From the NCBI RefSeq assembly GCF_009914755.1, contig NC_060929.1: 64,000 nucleotides of DNA. One strand, given 5' to 3'. The DNA is from the human T2T-CHM13v2.0 reference genome, Homo sapiens. The notes under the pieces were generated by a model. The model was not told where the DNA came from and made no database searches. It saw only the letters and a program-made list of their open reading frames with translations. This document shows, piece by piece, positions 52,850-64,000 of the stretch. The first letter of the stretch is position 1. Each line of letters begins with the position of its first letter. The translations under genes and the position numbers were made by a program.

Positions 52850-53900
52850 CTCCTGATTTTCTACTTAACCATGACACTTCTTCCGTGGCGCCCATCTTCA
52901 TTCTCTTGAACATTGATACTGGAAGATTCCCAGGGTGGTCCTAGGCCTTCTCTCATTCTGTCTTGTCGATCCCCACCCCAGTCTTATTAATGCCCTTAGA
53001 TCAGTTATGGACCATTTACAAATGATTGCAGAGTTTATTGTCCTAACCATGATCTCTCCTAAAGTCCAGACCTACACCTGGCTACATGACTTCTGCGCAG
53101 TCAGATGTCTAAAACCAAATTAAAGATCTTCCCTAAACCTTCTCCTAACATGTTCCCTGCTCATTAAATGGCAGAACCAGAACCCAGGAGTCACCCTTGA
53201 CACCTCCTCCTCTCACCTCGTCAGATTCAGTCCATCCTTAGGTGCTGGCAGTTTGACCTGTTATCACACCCCTAGCCAGGTGCCCATTGTCTCTCATTTC
53301 CACTAACTTAGTGGCCTCCTTGCCTGATCCCTGTGTCCTTTCTCCTTTGCTGTCCGTTCCAATCTGTATTAGATGGCCAGAGTGATCATTTCCAAATGTA
53401 AATCTGATCATAACTTCCTCCCTCCAGAAAAGTAAATGTAATTTAATTTTAAGATGTTCAGATGGCTTCCATTTGGATAAAGACCAGGAAATCTTTAACA
53501 TGCCTGACCGAGTCCCTGCCCGGTTGGGCCCCTGTCTGCTTCTCCAGGCCCATCTCAGCTCACACTTGCCCTTGTTCCGTGGCAGGGTTGCGTGCTTTCA
53601 TTTCCTCAGACTCACTCACTGCCTTCTTCTATAGGGCCCTCACATGCTCCCTCTGCCAGGAACACTGTTTTTCCATAAAGTCAGCTCATCGTTGTTAAAA
53701 TCTTAACTCATTGACACTTCCTCAGGGAAGCTTTCCCTCATCCACCCAGACTGGCTTTGTAGCAGGGTGTCCCTACTGTCAGTGTTGTGCTTTTACATTT
53801 GTTACCTCATTTGATGAATGACTGCCTTCCCCCTAGCACCTAGCAGGATGCCTGGCATAGGGTAGACACTGCATAAATATTTATTGAATAAATGAATGAG
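52850..53900 (-). mobile_element. L2 remnant
   Basis: ggagtcacccttgacacctcctcc; cagagtgatcatt; cacttcctcagggaagctt; 3' end tgcctggcatag...taaatatttattgaataaatgaatg. Confidence 0.75.
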
Positions 53901-55326
53901 AGGGATAATGGCATGGCATGTTCAAATTAGTGGATCCACTGTTTTTCCTGTTTAGTCAGACGTAGTTTAGGACATAGCTGAAAAGGTGTTAAATGGCAAA
54001 AGTCTAGACTATGGTGTTTCAACACTGTAGATTTGTGATAGACTCATTCAGAGGTACCTGGACTTGTAGACGTGCCTGGTGGCTCGAGTGAAATAGGACA
54101 GCTTAATGTAGTAGAGAGCAAATAGCTATACTGCATGACAACTTTATAGGTAAGAAGAGTCTGCTATGTGTATATAATTATTCTGTACTTAATAGGGAGT
54201 TAAGAGTGCGTGTGTGTATATATATGCATTTATATATTCACACATACATCTGTGAATAAATATACACATAAAGGTGTCATGCATTAATATAATTATTCTT
54301 ATTTTTAAAGTTCTCAGAATGTCATCTAAACTTAAGATATCATTTTTAGAATTCTTATCTGATAACCCTACTTCATCCAAAATTCATTAATTTGATCATA
54401 ATTCAACTTGGGATAAATAAAAGTTCACATTTCCATTGAAGAAAATATTTGTTAGGCAAGTACTCCATGAGATTGCAGAAGCCAAGAACCCATGTAACAA
54501 AACATTTCAAAGTTTACTGTTGGTAAGTAAACCCAGCAGCCTCTCTTATCTAGAACATGGGTTAGCACTAAGAAGTAAGAAAAAATACTCTAAGCAGCCA
54601 AAGGACCTGTAACAAAATATGTGCTTTGAAGCACTTTGATTTTACACTTAGTAGAGTTCCCAGGGCATTTGCTCAGGATTGATACTTATTTCAGATGTTG
54701 TTCATGCAGTGTTGTTCATGTGGTGTTCCTAACATGCAGCAATTAGAAGCAGCCAGTTAGAAGGGGTGGCGGTGTGAGTCCTGCAAGAGGCAGGTTCCCC
54801 AAAGGCAGCAGTGTTGGCACACCTGACAGTGAGAGGAGAGAGGGAGAATAGGACTCAAAACATTGCAGTCGGGGGCCACCTAGCATTGGTACAATTAGTT
54901 CCATCTAGGGTAGCCTCTGCCATTTAAAAATATACTCAGTGAAGTGAAGTTGGAAAGCTTGTAATATAGATTAAGGAAAATTACTATCCAAGATAGTTAT
55001 AGAAAGTGTCTTGATCTTTGAAGTGGTAAACCTCTAACTGTTCTGTAAGATGTATTTCTGTAGCCTTGATGATACTGAATAAATATGTACTTTAGAATTA
55101 CATAAAAATGGATGCTGCTTACCGAATGTCTTATCTATTATCTATGTGGAGAAATCTTTTTTGTTATTGTTGACCTGAGTCATCTTATACCTTGCAGTTT
55201 CTTTAAAATGCATAATAATCACCACTACCACTAATATACTGATCTTTTCCGGTTTTTTAAAAAAAAAATTTATTTTTTTTTTTGAGACGGAGTCTTAAAG
55301 ATATTTTTCTTGCTCCAAGGGTCTAG

Positions 55327-55650
<324 letters not shown>

Positions 55651-56291
55651 TAAATAACCAAATTTCAAGTTTTGTACAAAGATTGAAGGAAAGCTAGTCT
55701 TTAACCAGGAAGAAAAGGATTTGTTAAGAGATTATCAGCCGTATCTTTGCTGACTCATTGATACTGTGGTGCCTAAGACATCTTGGCTTTTGTGACAGAA
55801 TCCTGCATACAACTTTCTCCAGGATAGTTCCTCCAGGAGGGACCCCTCTGCCAGGCACTGTGGCAGTCACATGTCCAGGCTGCATCTCTGCCCTGCTCAG
55901 CCTCTTCATCCTTGCATTCAGATCTCCATGTGGTTTAGGGTGCCCATCAGGGTAAACACTGCCATTGTCTCTTTAATTGCTGTGCTCTTACTCTTCTGGC
56001 TTTCACACCTTCAGCTTCCAATCAGTCACCAGTTCTTGTTATTGCCACTCTCCTAGTAGCCTGAGAATCCATCCAACTTCCTCCACTGCCATGACTGCTA
56101 ACCCAGGGTCAGGCCACTGTCAACCCACTGTCAACCTTTTCTTCACCCTCAGAATGAAGTCCAGACTCCATAATGCAGTTCAGAAACCCTTAGGACTCAG
56201 GCTTCTGCTCACTTTCAGCAGCCCCTCAGAATGGTCTGCTCCCGTCATTTCGGCATCGTGCTCAGTTTTAGTCCCTCAACTGACCCTTCTT

Positions 56292-56437
56292 CTTTTTTTT
56301 TTTTAAAGAAAACAATTTTTATTTAAAAATTTATTTTATAAGAAGTATTGGCATGAATACATAGATAAGGCATTTGAAATGGCTTCTCTGGTTGGACTGT
56401 TGACCAGCTGAATTCCAGCTCTGTCCTGCAGCTGATC
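56292..56437 (-). pseudogene. Short retroposed poly-A+ non-repeat fragment (processed-pseudogene 3' stub or orphan transduction)
   Basis: Poly-T, AATAAA on the minus strand 14 nt from the tail, TSD acccttctt at 56283-56291 and 56438-56446. Confidence 0.55.
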
Positions 56438-57887
56438 ACCCTTCTTTCTCGGCGTGCCCAATGCTCTTACCTCTATCTAGAATACTCTTTCCAGCTCCGT
56501 GGTGAGGTTTTGTTTGTTTTGTTTTTATTCTCTTTGCAATAAAGAATTATTGGTATTCCACTAAAAAATAAATGTGGCTTTGTAGAAATCAGTGCTGTAC
56601 TGTGAATTCTGCCGAGCTCTGGTTTAACAAGTTCCTCGATATCTGAGTTAGATTTGCTACTTTTAAGCCTTTTTAGTTTTTTTCTCTATCATTGTACATG
56701 TAGTCAGGTCTTTCTGAACGACAGTGTTCACAAAGAGATGTTTGTAAAGCACACATTATTGTAAAGTGAATCAGATTTTCTTATTTTGTGTTAAAAGCTC
56801 AGAGATGTGGTCTCAAAATGTTGCTGCCAACCTACATATTACTGTCCTTGAGAATAATCCGAGACCTTCACAGGTCAGACAACAGATGTGCTCAGATACT
56901 TCAAGCAGAGAGCTTGATGACGATGTAAGCATCACAAGATTTATGTCAGCTGCTGGACCTCCACAGACAGGGTCCCAGCAAGCTGACAGGTTGTAGGTGA
57001 GCAAGCACGTTAGATGTGCAGGTCACTCACATCCCTTTTTGTGGGATCAATGGATGTTCTTTCCTGAGAAATGAAAGGGCAGATGAGTAAGCATGCTAGA
57101 GCATGTGTCTTCAGTCCTGCTGTCACTCCTGAGGAGATGTCCATGCCTTCAAGAAACACTCAGAGCTGCCAGCCAGGCACCAAGGTGCTGGGGACACAGC
57201 AGGAGGGAAGTCTCCATCACTTGCCTGTGGAGGAGCTTACCTGATGACAGACAGTGCAGGCCCCCGTCCACTGTGAGTCGGGGAGGCATCAGGAGGCTTT
57301 TTTGGGAAATGTGAGGTGGAGCACCAAGCCAAGTCCCGATAAACGTGGAGGAATGAACCAGGTGAAAGGAACTTGCAAGGAGGTTTTGTGGCCTAGGGGT
57401 GGGTGGAGAACACACAGGCCCAGAAATCAGCAGTCTTAGGATGGCATGGAGGACTGCAAGTGTAGTTCAGGTAACTCGGCCAGAGTGGAGGCAGGGTCCA
57501 GGGACCAAGCTGGGACACGATTTCTGGCTCTGGCCAGAGAGAGAGCCACGCAGAGCTCTCTGCCTCGTATTGCCCCCACTGGCCAATCCTTGAATCTCAG
57601 CGCTTAGGACAAAATAAAAAAGCCTTTGTAATTTGACAGGTAACCACAGAGTGTTAGGAAGTGGGTCAGGAGGCCCCAAGAAGGATTTACATCAGAGCTG
57701 GGACAAGACAGTCTGGGGTCACAAATCTGGGAGCTGTGGCTTTTGTACTTCAGTAGCTCCATGTAGTTTCAGAGGTTCACAGATTGGGAAGTGTTCTCAT
57801 GGCAAAATGAATTCCATCCACTGTGGTCCTGAATGTGGTTTTGGAACTACATGTTTCCATTTCAGAGACCATGCACTGTAGTGATTA

Positions 57888-58195
<308 letters not shown>

Positions 58196-59479
58196 GAACC
58201 TGGGCCCTAGGAATTAGACCTGTTAGCTACTTGGACCCCAGGGAAGTCACTTCTCTGAACCTTGAATTTCTTGTCTCTAAAATGGGGTCGTTGGTGGTAT
58301 AATGAAGCACCATTCTTGATCCAGAAAAGTATTCAGTTAATACTAACTGTAGATAATACTCTTGCAAGTAACTGTCTATGCTCACTACTTAAACCTTTAA
58401 CCTTTTAGAATGAGGTTAAGAGCCTCCCCCAAGGTTGCTGTGCTACTTATCACTAGGTTAGCAAAGGCGGTTTGTGTAGATAATACATCATCTTGATAAC
58501 AATACATTTTCCCCTGTTATTTTGAAATGATTTACTAGAAAAATAGAAAATGGCAACTTTCAAAATTCTGTGATATGGGATAAAGCATCTCCTCAGGGTT
58601 CTCATCTCTGTGACCTAATGCAGGTTTCTTGGTCTTCTTTTCTCATCTGTGAAAAGAAAAGGTTGGTTTACATAATCTCTCAGTTCCATTCAAGCTCTAG
58701 CAACTCTCCAAAAATTTAACTTGGAAATTACTTCTTGTGGCTAAATTTAGCTGTAATTATTGAAACAACAATTAGTTTTTTGAACTTAGAAACTCTTGGA
58801 ATTTTAAACCTGGGTAACAACTATAAAGAGAAATGCAAATGAAAAGCAACAAAAGCTTAGAAAAAAGAAATCATGTTTGTCAAGCAACATTAAGTGATGA
58901 GAAAATCTGTTTTTAAAAAAGCGTAATAACTGCTAGGAGAATATTATTTTGCAAATTGGAGAAAATAAATTAGGTCAAAGTCATTAGCATGTTTGTGTTT
59001 AGCAAATACTACCTTAGGGGGCAGTTTTTAAAGTAACTTTAATTTTTTGACAACTTTGCTATTAAAAGCTATCTTTTTCTTCTTAATGTTAATTGTATAA
59101 AGAAGGGACATTTTTGGATATAACCTCTAAAAAAGCTTCTTCTTTGACTTCTTCTTGTGTTTATTTATAAAGACCTTTTTGTAAATAAACATGTATGCAT
59201 CTTTTTAAGTTAAAAATGCATCGCTTGGTAACAATCATATTGCTTCCTAATTGTGAAAATTTACATTTAATTATATTTTGGGGGTTTTTTCATGTAATTT
59301 GGATAGAGTTGACAGCTACTAGAAAATGCAACTGCATTTCACTATTCTATTATTTTGGGCTCAAGTTCTAAAAAATTATGACTTTCAAATAGACTTGGAA
59401 TAAGACTGTTTAACTGATTTAATCATTGTAATTGCACCAACTTGAATCGTATTCACAGAAACCACCTTGCCTATTGCTG

Positions 59480-59804
59480 TTTTTCTTCTTTTTTTTTTTT
59501 TCCTCTTTTTTCTGAGACAGGGTCTCACTCCTTCACCCAGGCTGAAGTGCAGTGACATGATCATGACTCACTGCAGCGTCAACCTTAGCGGGCTCAGTGT
59601 ATCCTTTCACTTCAGCCTCCTGCGTAGCTGGGACCACAGGTGCATGCCACTGTGCCCGGCAAATTTTTTTTTTTTTTTTTTTTGTAGTGACAGAGTTTCG
59701 CCATGTTGCCTAAGCCGGTCTCCAACTCCTGGGCTCAAGCAGTCCACCCGCCTTGGCCTCCCAGAATGCCAGGCTTACAGGTGTGAGCCACCATGCCGAG
59801 CCCG
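59480..59804 (-). mobile_element. AluJ-like
   Basis: Reverse diverged Alu; TSD attgctgttttt. Confidence 0.9.
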
Positions 59805-62744
59805 CATTGCTGTTTTTTATACACTGAACTGAAACTGTTCGTAATTCATTGCAGAGCACACGGACATTCAGCAGTAATTATTTTTTGTCTTGGATTCCTG
59901 GTAGTAAAGAATGCTTGATCCTTCCTGCTTCTGCCCCAACCCATGCTAGTTCTTACTGTTGTGATCAGTTATTAGATATTTATTTGGGGCACTTACTCTG
60001 TGCTGCTAGCACGTGATTTCCAGATAAGGCTGTGATCAGGAATAGAGCAAAGTCTTGAATCTTGGTCACCTCAGCACCATTCTCTAGGTAGTTGTGACTG
60101 ATGGTGATAACTGGCTGTAGGTTTTGTTACCAGTAAATAAGGCAGCTAAGCTGTCATCTGCACAATGCAAACTGAAATCATCCTGCAGTTTTTTAAGTGG
60201 ATAGTAGGACATTCCCTCCATTGCAAGATGATTTGCTAGGAGAGTTTTAAATAGTGCTGAAGACACACGAGAACAAAGCCTTCCCTTTTTGAGCTCAGGT
60301 CCAAAAAAGCAGTTTTGGCATTAAAGAGAAAAGGTTTATGCTCAAGAACTTCTTGCTTTTTCTTCTCCCTCTTACTTCTTGGACTAAGTGTCGGTGATAA
60401 GATACAAAACCGTTGGTGTCTGAAGTACCTCTGAATCCAGCAGCCTTCTAAAGAAATGTTATCAGAATTATATTGTGTAATATAATGCTTTCTTCTTGTT
60501 GAGGATGCCCCAGAATACCGATAGATGTCACAGATTTTGCAGATTATAATTGTGAATTTAAAATTTAAAATGTCATATATTTTAATTACTAAAAACAAAT
60601 TAGTAGACATTTCTTATCTGAGTAGAAGATACTGTTGGCCATAACCTAATCCAAAATGAAATTTTTTTTCCCCAAGTTCCGTCTCTGTTTCTTGTTTTAC
60701 TTTCCCTCTCTCTTTCTTAAACACATACATATACTACCTACCCCACCCCCATGCATATACAGGTCTTTCTAAATTACTGCCTTTTCACTCCACATGACCA
60801 AGTTGTTTTGGGACTTGGTGTTCCAGGTTCAGTAAGCCTCTTACACTGGGTTCTGTGCTATAGAAAAGTTGCTATAGTGCTGGTACACACACATTTTCCT
60901 GTAAATTTCTCAGTTCTTTATTTAAAAATAAATATTTTATAAATCATTTATTGAGCATTGATAGGGTTTGTGTGTGTAATCAGATGCTGTCCTTCTGCTT
61001 TATACTTTGGATTACCTGTACTGTACTTTTTACACCTAGTCTGACTTCCTGTCCTTATACTATTGGGTTACTTCTGCCCCAGCTGTATCATTTTGTGTGT
61101 ATTTAGAGCACATGAGCTAAATCTTATATTGGTTAAAGAGTTTAAAAATCTGTCACAAAATTTTGCCCAAAGACAGAAAATTTTATGTTGTCATTTACTG
61201 TTTTTTTTTTAAATACCTAGTCTAGGATTGATTTTTTTTTTTTGTAATGCACTATGAGAGATTGCCTACATTAAAAGCATTGGTAACAGCACGTAAATGT
61301 TTTGTAAGAAGTTTCTGCGTAAGGAATATAATATATTTAAAATGTTAATTCATTCCCATATGCTTAAGTAGTCATGTGTGTCAGATCTTTTCAAGTACAG
61401 TGTTCTTGCATTAAAATAGCCTAGAAATTTTATTTCTGCATTCCAGTTCTGTCTTCTATAACTTTTTTTTAACCCGTGAAAATGGGATAAAATGTTGGGT
61501 TTTTTTTTTTTTTTTAGGATCATGTGTGTGAATTTGAGGTTCAGAGACTGCAGTCACTGCAGAGACCTGAAAGCCATTACTGTCTGTCCTCTGTGATTAT
61601 ATGTGTCCCCTGTGATTCCCACCTGCAGGATTAGGAATGGGAGGGAGAGCAGGGGGTAGAAAAGGGAAGGTGGCAGAATCCATCGCAAACCAGTGAACTC
61701 CAAAACCTAATCAGGCTTCTTTCTAGGCAGATTCTATGAGAGACGAAGACAGACCACAAAAAACCTAGCCCTAATTTTTTTTTAACCCATGATTTCTAAT
61801 GTTTATCTATTTGTTCATTTTGTAATTCGAGTTTAATCAGACCAACTATCAGGCAGGCATTTAGTTTGCACTTTCAAAAATTGAAACTTACACATTTATT
61901 AAATGATATCCAGAATCATTTCCTTTTTCTTTTAGAACATTAAACATTAATCCTTTTGAGTATTCTCATGTATTTCAAGGTACTTATGATTGCTTATGTA
62001 GGACTAATGCAAAAATTAAATGAATTCCATGAGAATTCTTTTTTGACCTCACAAGAGTTAAGGAGACCTACTTTATGTGAAAGTGAGATTTTTATAGATA
62101 ATACTTTGAAAACCTAAATTACTCTGATACTAAACAGTTTACTGTGTCTGTTAAAGTAAAAAACCTAATTGAATTGCAGTTGAAATTCAAGAGTCTAGAC
62201 ATTCCTTGTGGGCATATTTGATTTCCTCTTTCCCCTTTTAGCTGTTGGAGAGGGAATTGCCAGGTGTCTTTAGTGGAAAGATATTTAACCTGCTGTCTGA
62301 CTGCTTATTGTGGTAGATGAAGTGTTAGCACTGGCTCAGGCTTGTGAGACCGTTCCCCATTACTGTCCTAACACTTTGGCAGGATTTTGAGTAAAGTTAC
62401 TTTATTTAACCTCTTTTGAGTTTGACCTCATCTATGAATTAGAAATAATGATACCCTTCATACTTAGAGAATTTGGGAAGAGCAAATGAGATGATGAATA
62501 TAAAAACCTACCCTTTCAGAAGGGTAAAAATAAAATACTAGGATTTATGGTCATAGCATTTTAGAATTCGGAAGGACAACCTCCTGACTCTAAGCAGTAA
62601 AAGTGGCAAGCAAAGGGGGTTCAGCCATTGTTGAGAGATTTCCTACTTCAGTACAGTGCTGGGTCTGGGATCCAGCCTCAATCATCCTAGTTCACTGTCA
62701 CTCTCCTACTGTACTTATCTGAAATGGCAATAATAGTTAACTTC

Positions 62745-62955
62745 CTCTGTGCTTGGTACACTGGATGCCTTATATAAATTGTCTCATTTAAGTCTTACAT
62801 CATCCTTGTGAATTTTGATTCCCATTTTACATATGAGAAATCAGAGACTGTGAGAGGTGAGGTATCCTGGCAAGGTGGTAGCACAGCTAGTGGGTGGCAA
62901 AGCCTGAAACTGAACCTTAGCAGTTTGACTTCAAGCCTGCGTTCTTAACCTTTAT
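62745..62955. mobile_element. MIR
   Basis: cccattttacatatgagaaatcagagact...cagtttgacttcaagcctgcgttcttaacc. Confidence 0.7.
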
Positions 62956-63174
62956 GATTATCTTTGCATATTTTTTTTAAATCAAGAGGTAAGTTTGTTT
63001 AATCAGAGCACAAATTTTATTATCTTGGAAAAATTATTCATTTCTTTGTCTTAGCTTTTATTCATTCTTCACATAGTGTATTATGAAGTCAAAATCATAT
63101 GTAGTGATGACTTTTTAAATTAAATTATCTATTTAGGTCTTCCAAAAATACAGAAAACATTAGTGAAGCATTTT

Positions 63175-63482
63175 AAGTTTTTGTTTTGTTTTGTTTTTGT
63201 TTTGAGACGGAGTCTCGCTCTGTCACCAGGCTGGAGTGCAGTGGGGCTATCTCAGCTCACTGAAACCTCCACCTCCTGGGTTCAAGTGATTCTCCTGCCT
63301 CAGCCTCCCTAGTAGCTGGGATTACAGGCATGCATCACCGCACCCAGATAATTTTTGTGTTTTTAGTAGAGATGGGGTTTCACCATGTTGGCTAGGATGG
63401 TCTTGATCTCCTGACCTTGTGATCCGCCTGCCTCAGCCTCCCAAAGTGCTGGGATTACAGGCGTGAGCCACCATGCTCTGCC
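63175..63482 (-). mobile_element. AluS (Sc-like) with (TTTTG)n tail
   Basis: Full reverse Alu. Confidence 0.95.
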
Positions 63483-64000
63483 ATCATTTTTTTGTTTTTA
63501 TATGAAGTTCTTCTAAAATAAAGCAAGTTATAAACACAAATACATTTAAATTTCAGTGTTTTTACAAGGCCAGGGAAGAGACGCGGCTTCAGGGAAAAAT
63601 ATGGTTGAACTTTGTTAATACATACATTTTTTTGCCAGCAAAATTGGAGATATGCTTGGTGTGCACATACATTAAAAGCAGTAATTGTTAACACTTTTGG
63701 AGTACTTCACAGAGTGCCTGCCCAGACTGTCTGACATGCTTCTCATTTGGTGCCTACGCAGCCTTGCACAGTAGTAAGGGGAGAGTGAACACTCATGACC
63801 TCCTGCTGTCTATGCACACACTCCCTCCCCCACAGTGCCTCAGCTCACACCTGAGTATCTCTCTGCATGCTCCCAGGGAGCTTCCTGCAGTACCTTAGGC
63901 ATTCTGAAACGTGTGTCTTTACAACAAGACACACTTGTTAAAGCTGTTTACAAATGAGCCTTGGCGGGGGCGGGGAAAGCTGGTTTTCATTTCCAGTTAT

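Noticed and set aside
59008-59026. CTCF-like motif ccttagggggcag
   Set aside because: Partial match only; cannot be supported without ChIP or conservation data

Overview
Human (or near-human primate) genomic DNA, Alu/L1-rich, from the MAP3K1 locus (5q11.2 in human). The right part holds the MAP3K1 CpG island, coding exon 1 (45900-46381, +) and the first ~17.6 kb of intron 1. The main surprise lies ~43 kb upstream on the minus strand (1229-3180): a three-exon gene or pseudogene encoding a divergent TGF-beta-superfamily ligand precursor that I cannot match to any named family member. It has a signal-peptide-like exon, a prodomain, a cystine-knot domain with BMP-type cysteine spacing, a TATA/E-box upstream and an AATAAA downstream. 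One splice path gives an intact 325-aa ORF, while the strongest exon-2 acceptor gives a frameshift, so gene versus pseudogene is unresolved. Other items: a full-length inactivated L1PA with TSD and ORF0, a tail-less internal fragment of a younger L1, a ~300-bp direct duplication upstream of MAP3K1, a start-stop uORF before the MAP3K1 ATG, a short retroposed non-repeat stub in intron 1, and many Alu/MIR/L2/DNA-transposon/LTR remnants. Repeat subfamilies and boundaries were assigned by eye and are approximate.
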